Shown: positions 29,680 through 39,353 of the stretch, piece after piece
Numbering within the stretch: position 1 is the stretch's first letter
How the letters are laid out: each line of letters starts with the position of its first letter
Assembly: GCA_021740245.1 (NCBI GenBank)
Contig: JAIPAE010000002.1
Location: 1-57,548, forward strand
DNA from: Bacteroidales bacterium
Lineage (GTDB): Bacteria; Bacteroidota; Bacteroidia; Bacteroidales; PWNQ01
Reading direction: 5' to 3'
Length of the DNA stretch: 57,548 nt
Notes under the pieces: model-generated
The model's database searches: none
Told to the model about the DNA's origin: nothing
The model's input: the letters and a program-made list of their open reading frames with translations, nothing else
Program-made: the position numbers and the translations under genes

Positions 29680-30102
29680 ATGTTTGAAATTGATGAAAAC
29701 ACAAAGTATTCATTACGGCTGATAGGGCGTGGCAGTGTGATTCTCGTATCAATTGCTTTAATGCTTGCTTTAATTGGTTATTTTCAAAGGGATAAAAGCC
29801 CGGCTATAAACGAAAATGAGTTTTTGTTTGTGGAGTTTATTTCTGTGAACAAAGAAGCAAAAACACAACTGCTGGATCAAAGAATCATAGTTTCCGGAGT
29901 TATTGACAGTATCTATATTGATAGTGATCAGGTTACGGCATTATTGAAAGACGAAAATTCGTCTAAAACACTACAATGCTATTTCCTTGATAAGAGCGAA
30001 ACCGAATTTCTGGAGACAGATCAAAAATATAACATTGAAGGTATCTTTAGCAGTTTCAACGATACGGGTTTTAAATTTAGGCGTTGCCGCTTAATAGAAT
30101 GA
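29680..30102 (+). CDS. Hypothetical membrane-anchored protein
   Basis: 140-aa ORF with one N-terminal TM helix. Confidence 0.4.
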   Translation: MFEIDENTKYSLRLIGRGSVILVSIALMLALIGYFQRDKSPAINENEFLFVEFISVNKEAKTQLLDQRIIVSGVIDSIYIDSDQVTALLKDENSSKTLQCYFLDKSETEFLETDQKYNIEGIFSSFNDTGFKFRRCRLIE

Positions 30103-30134
30103 ACTTTTAAATCTCTTCAACTGTTTCAGGTTTC

Positions 30135-30746
30135 ATGAAGCCTTTATCAGTTCAGCTAAATATTTTCAATTTTATTTTTATATTGGTGATATCCGTTTTT
30201 TCTTCAACGGCAAAAGCTCAGATACTGTCAGATTTTACGGCGCGGCAAAAAGCAGGTGCCATAGAACTGATTTGGACATTTAATTCGGGTGAAACCTGTG
30301 ATGGTACATGGGTAAAACACGGGACTGATTCACTAAGCCTTGAAACCATATATCATGTACCTGGTATATGCGGAGCAGCGAGTAAGGAAGTAAGATATGA
30401 ATATATTCATGAGTTTCCTGAAAAGAATACTATGAACTATTATCGCCTGGAGCTGGGAAACAGAGGTTTTTCCGCGATTGTCAGAGTATACTTTGATGAT
30501 GTGGGAAATGGTTTTGCTATATATGGTAATCCATTAACTGATTATTCTGAAATCATTTTGTCAAATGATTTTCGTGGTAATGCCGAAGTGATAATTTATG
30601 ATCAAAATGGTAAAATACACCTGCAGGAAAGGCTAAGCAAAAAAGCGTTTAAATTATACAGAGAGCAATTTAACAGTGGTTTGTACTTTATAATTGTGAG
30701 ATTTGACAATAAAAAAGTATTTAAAGAAAAAATAATGGTTATTTAA
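30135..30746 (+). CDS. T9SS C-terminal-sorting-domain (type A) secreted protein
   Basis: 203 aa with a signal peptide. The C-terminal ~75 aa (YGNPLTDYSEIILSNDF..VIIYDQNGK..LYFIIVRFDNKKVFKEKIMVI) resembles Por_Secre_tail. Confidence 0.6.
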   Translation: MKPLSVQLNIFNFIFILVISVFSSTAKAQILSDFTARQKAGAIELIWTFNSGETCDGTWVKHGTDSLSLETIYHVPGICGAASKEVRYEYIHEFPEKNTMNYYRLELGNRGFSAIVRVYFDDVGNGFAIYGNPLTDYSEIILSNDFRGNAEVIIYDQNGKIHLQERLSKKAFKLYREQFNSGLYFIIVRFDNKKVFKEKIMVI

Positions 30747-30756
30747 AAGCAAGAAG

Positions 30757-30966
30757 ATGAGAAAACCAACACATAAAACATGGGGATTTCTGGCGATGGT
30801 AGCGATGTTTTTGGGATGGGGTATGGTAATGGGAGGCGGAGCAGCAGGGAATCAGTTTATTTTGTACAGCGGTGGCACTATGCTGGGGATTGGAGCCATA
30901 TATTTACTCTATAGATTGTATATAATGATCAAATCCAGGGAAAAACACGAGCACTCCAACGAATAA
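30757..30966 (+). CDS. Small two-TM membrane protein
   Basis: 69-aa ORF with two hydrophobic helices. Confidence 0.4.
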   Translation: MRKPTHKTWGFLAMVAMFLGWGMVMGGGAAGNQFILYSGGTMLGIGAIYLLYRLYIMIKSREKHEHSNE

Positions 30967-31503
30967 TCAAATGCCAATTTTCCAGATATTTCCTTCAAAC
31001 CGCCAGTAGTTTAATGTTAAATCAGTAATGGTGTCAGGAGGAATTACGCTATCGGCGTGTTTTATTAATTCCTGGAAACTATGCTTGTATCTTTTAACAT
31101 TTTTGTCTTCCAGTAATAACAGATACCCCGGTTCATATTTCAGTGCAAACCAATTTGATTCTACTACAACAGGCCTGGATTTATATTCATCCAGTAATTC
31201 CGGAATCCTATTCATTAAAGGTCTTTCCATCCCTGCAATAAAAAAACTTTTTGAAGCTCCTGCTTTAAGAAACCGTTTCGAGTCTTTACGATCAGCGCCT
31301 TCTTTTTCGTCAATCAGGATCATTTCCCCGTATCCGGGGTAGTGTTGCTTAAAATCTTCCAGCTTATCGTAGGCGGCAATTTTAACAGCCACAATACCAT
31401 CATGCCGGAAGTGCCGTACAATGGATTCAATAAGTTTGGATTTACCGGCTTTTCTGTGATTGGCTCCTATAACCAACACATTTGGAAAGGAATATTTATT
31501 CAT
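30967..31503 (-). CDS. P-loop-like hypothetical protein (MobB-like)
   Basis: ATG 31503 gives MNKYSFPNVLVIGANHRKAGKSKLIESIV (an imperfect Walker A). It overlaps the stop of the upstream thiol-disulfide oxidoreductase gene by 8 nt. Confidence 0.4.
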   Translation of the reverse strand: MNKYSFPNVLVIGANHRKAGKSKLIESIVRHFRHDGIVAVKIAAYDKLEDFKQHYPGYGEMILIDEKEGADRKDSKRFLKAGASKSFFIAGMERPLMNRIPELLDEYKSRPVVVESNWFALKYEPGYLLLLEDKNVKRYKHSFQELIKHADSVIPPDTITDLTLNYWRFEGNIWKIGI

Positions 31504-32914
31504 TTTTATCTTCCTCCATCTCTCTTTCCAGGAATTTACGAAGCTGGTTCGGATTGATCCGTTTGGCAAGAATTTTTTTATCCTCATCCAGCAGGAAAAT
31601 TGTGGGAGTCGCTATCAGGTCATACAGGTTGTGGAAACTGGTCCATTGTTTTCCATCATATACATTTATCCATTCCAGGTTGTTCTTTTTGATGTATTTT
31701 TTCCATTTGCCGGGATTTTTTCTGTCAATGCACGCTGCATATACCTTCACACCTTTGTCTTTAACATCTTCATAAAGCCTTTTTAGCTTTGGTGTTTGAC
31801 GTTTGCAGTGGCCGCAGTCCGGTTCCCAGAAATATAGAACCAGATATTTTGATTCAACGGAATGCAAAGCAACAGGGTTTCCTGAAGTATCCGTAAGCAG
31901 CATATTGGGAGCTTTTTTCCCAATGAGGATATTCCTGAGTTTATCTGCACGCTTTTTGATGTTTTTTAAAACTTTTTTGCTGACCCAGGGTGTTTTTTCT
32001 TTTCCGAAATAGTTGTCAGCCATATGAACAAACACTTTGTCCATACCCATAATATCAGATTGTTCAGCATTATATGTCAGGTACCATGTTAAATAACGGG
32101 TAACTTTTTCATTGTCTTTAGCCATATTCATGATCCTGTCAGCAGCCCTGATTATGGAATCCGGATCCTGTATCACAACATTATTGATAAAATTACTTAT
32201 CCGTTGGTGTAAAACCGGTGTGTGAAGCATTACTTCACTGGATAAATCCAGATTATCAAAATAATGGTTCACAAAATAGTTGTATTGCCATTCTTTTTTT
32301 TCTTCTTCGTTCAAATCTTCCGGAGCATCCGGTACTTCAGGATCACGTGATGCCTGATATATCTGAGCCATAAAAGATTCAGGATTGTTTTTTATATAGT
32401 TCTGCTTATATGAAGTGATAAGCTTGTTTAAACTGTCGACCTTATTTTGTAATTGTTCTTTTTTTATGGAATCGTTGACAGAAAGGCCTTCTATCTCTTT
32501 TTGCAATTCAACTACCTTTTGATTTTTAGGTGATGAATAGTGCAGGAAATCATAAAAATGACTGTTTTCTTCAGAGCCTTTCACTTTCATTTCTTCAACC
32601 ATATTATCATAGCTGGTAGTAAGGCTGAATTTCTGATCTTCAGGAACCAGGAATTCGAAATAGTTTTTGTCCTGGCGCACCGCTAAATAAATCCCCTGAG
32701 GTAATTTCTTTTCGCCTTCAAATACAAATACTCCGTTACCATGGTTTGGTACCGTATCTTTGATGTATTGTTTGTCACCATTATAATTAACCAGATACAT
32801 AATTGAATCCGGTGTGTTTTGCAGTTGTACTTTTATTTTGTAACCCTGGGAAAAAAGTATTTTCGTTGAAAATAACGAGGCTATGATAATGACAAATAAT
32901 ATTATTTTTCTCAT
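31496..32914 (-). CDS. TlpA/AhpC-like thiol:disulfide oxidoreductase with N-terminal extension
   Basis: 472 aa with a signal peptide. The C-terminal thioredoxin fold carries WEPDCGHC (CxxC). Confidence 0.7.
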   Translation of the reverse strand: MRKIILFVIIIASLFSTKILFSQGYKIKVQLQNTPDSIMYLVNYNGDKQYIKDTVPNHGNGVFVFEGEKKLPQGIYLAVRQDKNYFEFLVPEDQKFSLTTSYDNMVEEMKVKGSEENSHFYDFLHYSSPKNQKVVELQKEIEGLSVNDSIKKEQLQNKVDSLNKLITSYKQNYIKNNPESFMAQIYQASRDPEVPDAPEDLNEEEKKEWQYNYFVNHYFDNLDLSSEVMLHTPVLHQRISNFINNVVIQDPDSIIRAADRIMNMAKDNEKVTRYLTWYLTYNAEQSDIMGMDKVFVHMADNYFGKEKTPWVSKKVLKNIKKRADKLRNILIGKKAPNMLLTDTSGNPVALHSVESKYLVLYFWEPDCGHCKRQTPKLKRLYEDVKDKGVKVYAACIDRKNPGKWKKYIKKNNLEWINVYDGKQWTSFHNLYDLIATPTIFLLDEDKKILAKRINPNQLRKFLEREMEEDKNE

Positions 32915-33071
32915 AATGAAGTGTTTGTTTTGCTTAAATTAAAATTCAGTTTGATATCTCTTATTATAAAATTCAAAATTTGCATGCCTACGACAGTATT
33001 CTAACGGTTATTTAAATTAAAAGTTTAATATAAGAACATAAAACAGATACAGGTTTAACAGATTTTAAGTT

Positions 33072-33620
33072 TTATATTTCCTGACCTGGCAGGGTATTAT
33101 TTTCTATTTTGGACGAGAACAAAAGTTTATGAATGGCGGCATGCACATTTACCAGGCGATGTCCCCATCTGGCTGCAAATAATCGGTGGCATTCATAAAC
33201 GGCATTTTGCCGGGCAATACTCGTATTTTGCTGATACAACACTAAGAAGTCTTTCAAATCCTGGTATATGTCGGCTAAGCCTTCAGCGATGCTGGCTTTT
33301 TCTGCCTTGTCACCATATATTTCATCATGAATGACCAGACCAAACATATCATCTTCTCCCAGTTTTTCCTTGAACTGACTGTATATATTGTCCCAGTTTT
33401 CTTCGGTTATGTAATGTTCCGGCACCATATCTTCTACAGGCGGAACATAAGGAGTCAGAGCACCTTTGATATATAGCAGAGGTAATACTTTCTGAAAATA
33501 TCCCAGAATGTCCGATTTATCGTACTTCTCAAGTCCTTCGGTGAATATGCAAAAGTCATTGGCTACTGTTATCAGCTCAATAACATGCGATCCTTTTACT
33601 TTTTCTTCAATGTCGGCCAT
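33072..33620 (-). CDS. Hypothetical cytoplasmic protein (possibly DUF5063-like)
   Basis: 182-aa ORF with no signal peptide. The family assignment is only a recollection. Confidence 0.45.
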   Translation of the reverse strand: MADIEEKVKGSHVIELITVANDFCIFTEGLEKYDKSDILGYFQKVLPLLYIKGALTPYVPPVEDMVPEHYITEENWDNIYSQFKEKLGEDDMFGLVIHDEIYGDKAEKASIAEGLADIYQDLKDFLVLYQQNTSIARQNAVYECHRLFAARWGHRLVNVHAAIHKLLFSSKIENNTLPGQEI

Positions 33621-33777
33621 ATTTTATTTACTGTTTTTTGCAAAGATAACAAATTGAAAAATTGTTGAATTGTTTAATGATATTGATAATTGATAAAATT
33701 ACCCTGTATTGGAGGGGTAAAATTAAATAATGTTTTTGTAATCAGTATCTAAAAGAGAGCATTACTTTTTGCATTTT

Positions 33778-33903
33778 CATCTGTTTATAATATTATTAAA
33801 TAGGTACGATGGAGCTCGCCATGACACATCATCTTTCAACTATACACTTTTCATTTTTTTAATCATGCGTGTGTGTGTTAAAGTTTTTGTCATGGCTCGG
33901 TTC
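33778..33903 (-). repeat. Short unit of the repeat family (pyrimidine-rich strand on +), abutting full copy 2
   Basis: TCATCTGTTTATAAT tail ... TTTAATCATGCGTGTGTGTGT ... TCATGGCTCGGTTC head. It shares the GGTTCATCTG junction with the next unit. Confidence 0.55.
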
Positions 33904-34101
33904 ATCTGTTTATAATTTTGTTCTGTGTTCTGTGTTTGTTCGTTGTTTCTCTCAGTCTCTCAGTCTCTTCGCCTCTACGTTCGCTTAAGTCGCTTAAGTC
34001 GCTTCATTCGCCCTCTCGCATCATCACATCATCGCATTACTCATTACGCCATTTAATCATTCTCGTGTGTGTTCCGCCTTAGGCGGATCATGAATGTTTC
34101 A
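33902..34101 (-). repeat. Full-length copy 2 of the repeat family (reverse orientation)
   Basis: Its reverse complement aligns end to end with copies 1 and 3. It has 2 ATGATGYG units and the hairpin TCCGCC-tta-GGCGGA at 34073-34087. Confidence 0.8.
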
Positions 34102-34176
34102 TCTTAGCTTTTCCCGGTGGGTCTTGTTCATTACGTTTTTGTCCGTATCTTTGCAGATTAAAATGAAAGGCGAACT

Positions 34177-36066
34177 TTGGGCAATATATTACTGGCGGAA
34201 CATATCAGCAAGGCATATGGCGATAAAGCCTTATTCGAAGATATCACACTGGGGATAGATGAAGGTCAGAAAGTAGCTTTAGTAGCTGCTAATGGAACAG
34301 GCAAAACCAGCTTCCTGGATATTATTGCCGGAAAAACAGAGGCTGATTCCGGTACGGTTTCTTTGCGTGAAGCGATCAGGGTTGGATATTTATCCCAAAA
34401 CCCTGAACTGGATGATTCCAACACGGTATTTGAAGAGCTTTTTCATTCGGAAAATCCATTTATAGAAGCCATAAGAAACTATGAGTTAAGCCTGAAAAGA
34501 TTTCAGGAAAAGGAGTCAACAGATAATAAGAACTTTATGCAGGAAGCCATGAACAAAATGGATGTCCTGCAAGCCTAGGATTATGAAGTTAAGATTAAAG
34601 AGATTTTATCTCGTTTGAAACTGGGTGATATCCACCAACCCGTTAGTATTTTATCAGGAGGACAAAAGAAGAAGGTTGCCCTTGCCCGCGTGCTTATGGA
34701 ACAAGTTGAACTGATGATCCTGGATGAGCCTACCAATCACCTGGATATTGAAATGATCGAATGGCTGGAGGAATTTTTATCCCGCCAAAAGCTGGCCATT
34801 CTTCTGGTAACACATGATCGTTATTTTTTGGATGAAGTCTGTAGCGAAATTGTGGAAATGGATAATGGTGAGCTGTATAAATACAAAGGCAATTACAGCT
34901 ATTTTTTAGAGAAAAAAGAGGAACGACAGCAACAACAATTACGCGAAATTGGAAAAGCCAAAAACCTATATCGCAAAGAGCTGGAATGGATGCGACGTAT
35001 GCCTAAAGCACGCGGAACAAAGGCCCAGGCAAGGGTAGAAGCTTTTTACTCCCTGGAAGAAAAGGCTAAACAGCGTGTGGATGATTCTCATGGACAATTG
35101 TTTGTTAAAACAGAACGACTGGGGAAAAAGATTTTGGAAATTAACGATATATATAAATCATTTGGTGCGCTTAAGATTGTAGAAGGATTTAGCTATACAT
35201 TTAAACGTGGTGAGAAAATTGGTGTAGTTGGCCCTAACGGCATCGGTAAATCTACACTTTTTAATATGATCGTGGAGCAGGAGAACCCCGATATGGGTGA
35301 TATTGTGCGTGGCCAGACTACAAAGATCAGCTATTTTTCTCAGCAAGGGATGAAACCGGAAGGGGATAAGCGCGTCCTGGACATGGTGAAAGATATAGCT
35401 GAGGAAATTGAATTACACAACGGAACTATGTCGGCTTCCCGTTTTCTGGCTTATTTCAATTTTGACAATACGACGCAATACAATTATTTTAGTAATCTCA
35501 GTGGTGGCGAAAAAAGAAGATTGTACCTGCTCATGAAGCTTATGGAAAATCCGAATTTTCTGATCCTGGATGAGCCTACAAACGACCTGGACATTCCAAC
35601 ACTGGCAATTTTAGAGGATTTTCTACGTAATTTTAAAGGCTGTGTTTTGATATCATCCCATGATCGTGCTTTTTTGGATAATCTTGTAGATCATGTGTTT
35701 GTTTTTGAAGGATATGGCTATGTGAAAGATTTCCCGGGTAATTATACACAATACAGGCTCAAAAAAAAGAAAGAAGAAAAGCAAAAAAAGGCACTTAAAC
35801 CAAAGAGATCGCAAAATAAACGTGGCCCCGGCAAACGCGATCCCAATAAAGCAACATACAAACAAAAGCAGCGGCATGATTTTCTGGAGAAGGAAATCGC
35901 TCGTTTAGATGAGGAGAGAGAGCAATTAACCCAGAAATTGAATTTAGAAGAGCTTCAGCCGGATGAATTACAAAATGCTTCTGAAACCATCGGGAAGCTC
36001 ATGGAACAAATTGATGAACTTACCCTGGAATGGATGGAGCTGGAAGAAATTATTAATCCTGAATAA
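34177..36066 (+). pseudogene. ABC-F family ATPase (Uup-like, two NBDs) interrupted by one in-frame TAG (34576-34578)
   Basis: Track ORFs 34177..34578 and 34615..36066 share a frame, and the TAG is the only stop between them. The Walker A of NBD1 (AANGTGKTS) lies before the TAG. The NBD1 signature and Walker B (LSGGQKKKVALARVL, LMILDEPTNHLD) lie after it. A second NBD and a charged C-terminal coiled coil follow. Confidence 0.8.
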
Positions 36067-36165
36067 ACTTCTTCAATCTACAGGTTCAATGTTTTATTCG
36101 TGCATTTGTGGCATAGTCAACCAGAAAATACGCGAATAGTCTCACCTGTAAAACAGGTATCATGA

Positions 36166-36630
36166 TTATTTAAAGACAATATTTTCGCGGGCTGTTGTTT
36201 TTTCGCAGTAATGACAGCGAAGCTTCAGTTCATCTTCCATGTCTTTATTCATCACGACAAAGCGAGTTGGCACATCCTGGTTATTGGTAATACATTTTGG
36301 ATTAATGCATTTTACAACCTTTGCTATGGAATCCGGAATTTCAACCTGTGTTTTCCTGATTACTTCAAAGTCTTTAATTTCTATCATTGATGCATGAGGA
36401 GCTACCAAAGCAATTTTGTTTACTTCCTCAGCTTCAAAAAAGCGATTTTCCACTTTGATAATTCCCTTATTACCATATTTTTTACTTTCCAGATTGATTC
36501 CACTGTAGAGCGGATGATCGGAATTATCAAGACTCAGAATACGAATAACCTGGAATACACTGTCTGAGGGCAGGTGGTCGATTACCGTTCCATTTTTTAT
36601 AGCTGATACTTTTAGTTCTTTTCGTTCCAT
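36166..36630 (-). CDS. pyrI: Aspartate carbamoyltransferase regulatory subunit
   Basis: 154 aa. LKVSAIKNGTVIDHL N-terminal domain and a C-terminal Zn site (CINPKC..CHYC). Overlaps the pyrB stop by 1 nt. Confidence 0.85.
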   Translation of the reverse strand: MERKELKVSAIKNGTVIDHLPSDSVFQVIRILSLDNSDHPLYSGINLESKKYGNKGIIKVENRFFEAEEVNKIALVAPHASMIEIKDFEVIRKTQVEIPDSIAKVVKCINPKCITNNQDVPTRFVVMNKDMEDELKLRCHYCEKTTARENIVFK

Positions 36631-37535
36631 TATACTCCTAATATTGTGGTTAATAATGCTTCTCTAACATAAATGCCATTAAGGGCTTGCTGGAAATAAT
36701 ACGCTTTGGGACTGGTGTCTACGTCTTCGCTGATCTCATTAACGCGTGGCAAGGGATGCAATACTTTAAAATTATCTTTTGATTCTTCGATCATATCCCT
36801 TGTCAACACATAAGAATTTTTCACGCGTTCATACTCCATAGGATCGGCAAAGCGTTCCCGCTGAATACGTGTCATATAGCAGGCATCCACTTTAGGAATA
36901 ACTTCCTTCAGGTCAGTGTACTGGTAATAGTTCAGTTTTTTCTCTTTGATGTATCGTTTCACAGCACTGGGCAACTTAAGTTCAGTAGGGGAAACCAGGT
37001 GAAAAGTGGCATTGAACATGGTCATGGCAATAACCAAGGAATGAACCGTTCGTCCATACTTCAGGTCTCCGACAAAAGCCAGGTTCAGGTTATCCAAAGT
37101 ACCCTGGGTTTTACGGATAGAATATAAATCCAGCAGACATTGTGTCGGATGCTGATTGGCACCGTCTCCGGCATTGATAATGGGGACAGAGGCTACTTCA
37201 GAAGCCCATCGGGCAGAACCATCTATCGGATGACGCATGACGATCAGATCAGAGTAATTACTGACTGTCATAATAGTGTCTTTTAAAGATTCTCCTTTTT
37301 TTACACTGGAACTTGCGGCATCCGTAAATCCGACAATCTTGCCGCTTAATCTGTTGATGGCGCTTTCAAAACTCAGACGGGTCCGTGTTGAGGGCTCGAA
37401 AAACAAAGAGGCAATCACATAATCTTTTAACAAGGGTTGTGTCGGATTTTTCTCAAAATCTTCCGCCCGGTCCAGAATCTGAAAGAGCTCCTCTTTGTTG
37501 TAATCATTAATGGAGATTAAACTTTTGTGCTTCAT
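36630..37535 (-). CDS. pyrB: Aspartate carbamoyltransferase catalytic subunit
   Basis: 301 aa. Motifs FFEPSTRTRLSFE, HPTQ and HPLPR. Confidence 0.9.
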   Translation of the reverse strand: MKHKSLISINDYNKEELFQILDRAEDFEKNPTQPLLKDYVIASLFFEPSTRTRLSFESAINRLSGKIVGFTDAASSSVKKGESLKDTIMTVSNYSDLIVMRHPIDGSARWASEVASVPIINAGDGANQHPTQCLLDLYSIRKTQGTLDNLNLAFVGDLKYGRTVHSLVIAMTMFNATFHLVSPTELKLPSAVKRYIKEKKLNYYQYTDLKEVIPKVDACYMTRIQRERFADPMEYERVKNSYVLTRDMIEESKDNFKVLHPLPRVNEISEDVDTSPKAYYFQQALNGIYVREALLTTILGV

Positions 37536-37612
37536 TATGATGGATGTTTAGTGGTGTATTCAGGGTCAGAATTTAAAAAAAAAGCGACTGTTGAAGCCGC
37601 CTTTAATAATGA

Positions 37613-38950
37613 TTATTTCAGATTGTGTTTTTTAACAAAATCATCAATGACTTCCTCCAGGTTGGGGTTTCCGATTTCCTGAAGGTCATAGTATACACGA
37701 GTATTGGGCTTTTTGATATTTATCAAACGGTTCAAATCAATCGGAGTACCAATAATAACAGCATCACAATCGGTATTGTTGATGGTGGTTTCAAGGTCTT
37801 TCAATTGTTGCTCACCGTAACCCATAGCAGGTAACAAGGTGCCGATGTTGGGGTAAATCTCAAAGGTTTCGCTTAACTTACCAACAGTGTAGGGCCGGGG
37901 GTCGATCAATTTACTGGCGCCAAATTTCTGTGCAGCAACTGTACCGGCTCCAATTTTCATTTCACCGTGTGTTAAGGTTGGTCCATCTTCCACAACCAGA
38001 ACACGTTTTCCTTTGATCACAGCCGGGTCATCAACTTTAATGGGTGAAGCGCCATCAACAACAGTTGCCTTTGGAGCTACCTTTTCAATATTTTCGCGTA
38101 CGGTTTGAATATTTTCCGGTGCTGCACTGTCCATTTTGTTGATAATAGCTACATCAGCCATGCGCAGGGTTGTTTCACCCGGGTAATAATTCAATTCATG
38201 GCCCGGGCGATGCGGATCGACTACCGTTATATTGAGGTCCGGTTTGTAAAACGGAAAATCGTTGTTACCACCATCCCAGAGAATGACATCACATCCGTCA
38301 GGGTCTTTTTCTGCCTCACGAAGAATGGCTTCATAATCCACACCGGCATAAATCACATTACCACGAACTACGTGTGGTTCATATTCTTCCATTTCTTCAA
38401 TAGTACATTTATGTTTGGCCAGATCATCAACAGTAGCAAAACGCTGAACTTTCTGAGCAACCAAATCACCATAAGGCATTGGATGACGTACAGCAACTAC
38501 TTTCAGCCCTTTTGCCATCAATAACTCAATTACACGGCGCGAAGTCTGGCTTTTACCACAACCGGTTCGAACAGCACCTACTGCTATTACCGGTTTTGTG
38601 CTTTTTACCATAGTATCTTTGGCTCCTAATAGCATCATGTTAGCTCCGGCAGCATTAACAATGGATGCTACATTCATGACTTTTTGGTAAGTAACATCAC
38701 TGTATGAGAATACACAATCATCAGCTTTAAGTTCTTTTATTAAACGAGGCAGGTCTTCTTCTCCATAAATAGGTATGCCTTCCGGATATAGCTCTCCGGC
38801 CAGTTCGGCAGGATATTTTCTTCCGTCAATGTCTGGAATCTGAGCAGCAGTGAATGCTACTACATTGAAATTATCATTTCCGCGAAAATACGTATTGAAG
38901 TTGTGGAAATCCCTTCCGGCAGCTCCAATAATGATAACATTTCTCTTCAT
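37613..38950 (-). CDS. COG2403-type P-loop protein (cyclic 2,3-diphosphoglycerate synthetase-like / predicted GTPase)
   Basis: ATG 38950 gives MKRNVIIIGAAGRDFHNFN. Internal P-loop-like GCGKSQTS. About 445 aa. The family call is from memory of the N-terminal pattern. Confidence 0.5.
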   Translation of the reverse strand: MKRNVIIIGAAGRDFHNFNTYFRGNDNFNVVAFTAAQIPDIDGRKYPAELAGELYPEGIPIYGEEDLPRLIKELKADDCVFSYSDVTYQKVMNVASIVNAAGANMMLLGAKDTMVKSTKPVIAVGAVRTGCGKSQTSRRVIELLMAKGLKVVAVRHPMPYGDLVAQKVQRFATVDDLAKHKCTIEEMEEYEPHVVRGNVIYAGVDYEAILREAEKDPDGCDVILWDGGNNDFPFYKPDLNITVVDPHRPGHELNYYPGETTLRMADVAIINKMDSAAPENIQTVRENIEKVAPKATVVDGASPIKVDDPAVIKGKRVLVVEDGPTLTHGEMKIGAGTVAAQKFGASKLIDPRPYTVGKLSETFEIYPNIGTLLPAMGYGEQQLKDLETTINNTDCDAVIIGTPIDLNRLINIKKPNTRVYYDLQEIGNPNLEEVIDDFVKKHNLK

Positions 38951-39353
38951 AATCGTCAATATTTAATTAAATTAATATTAGATTTTAAACTCATTCGCAA
39001 CAAAGATACATTTTTAAAGCTATTTTTTTGTCTGTTTTTGGAAAAAAGATAAACATAACTGAGTCATTTCTCCACAACTATTGATAATCAATATTTGCAA
39101 TTTGCAGCGGAGGGGTAAATAACGGACAATAATTAATTGAATTGAGCCAGAGTAAACCGGTTGGCAGCGTGCAAAAATCCAGCAAGCAACCAGGTTGCTA
39201 AGAAATGTTGGCATAGTTTAAGGTGCATGGTGTACATAGCATAACGGGATAAGCAGATAAGCAATTTATTTTTCTCTACTGTATGTTGTATTTGCTCTTT
39301 CGCCAATTTGCCATCTTAAATTCTTTTATATCTTTACCTCAAATCTATAGCAT

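Noticed and set aside
31028-31786. Several + strand ORFs (31028..31342, 31342..31557, 31460..31786, 31482..31775)
   Set aside because: They run antisense to the MobB-like and TlpA-like genes, which have recognisable motifs. They are shadow ORFs.
39020-39214. 64-aa minus-strand ORF in the divergent intergenic region
   Set aside because: It is short with no motif and overlaps the probable promoter or operator region. It is most likely spurious.
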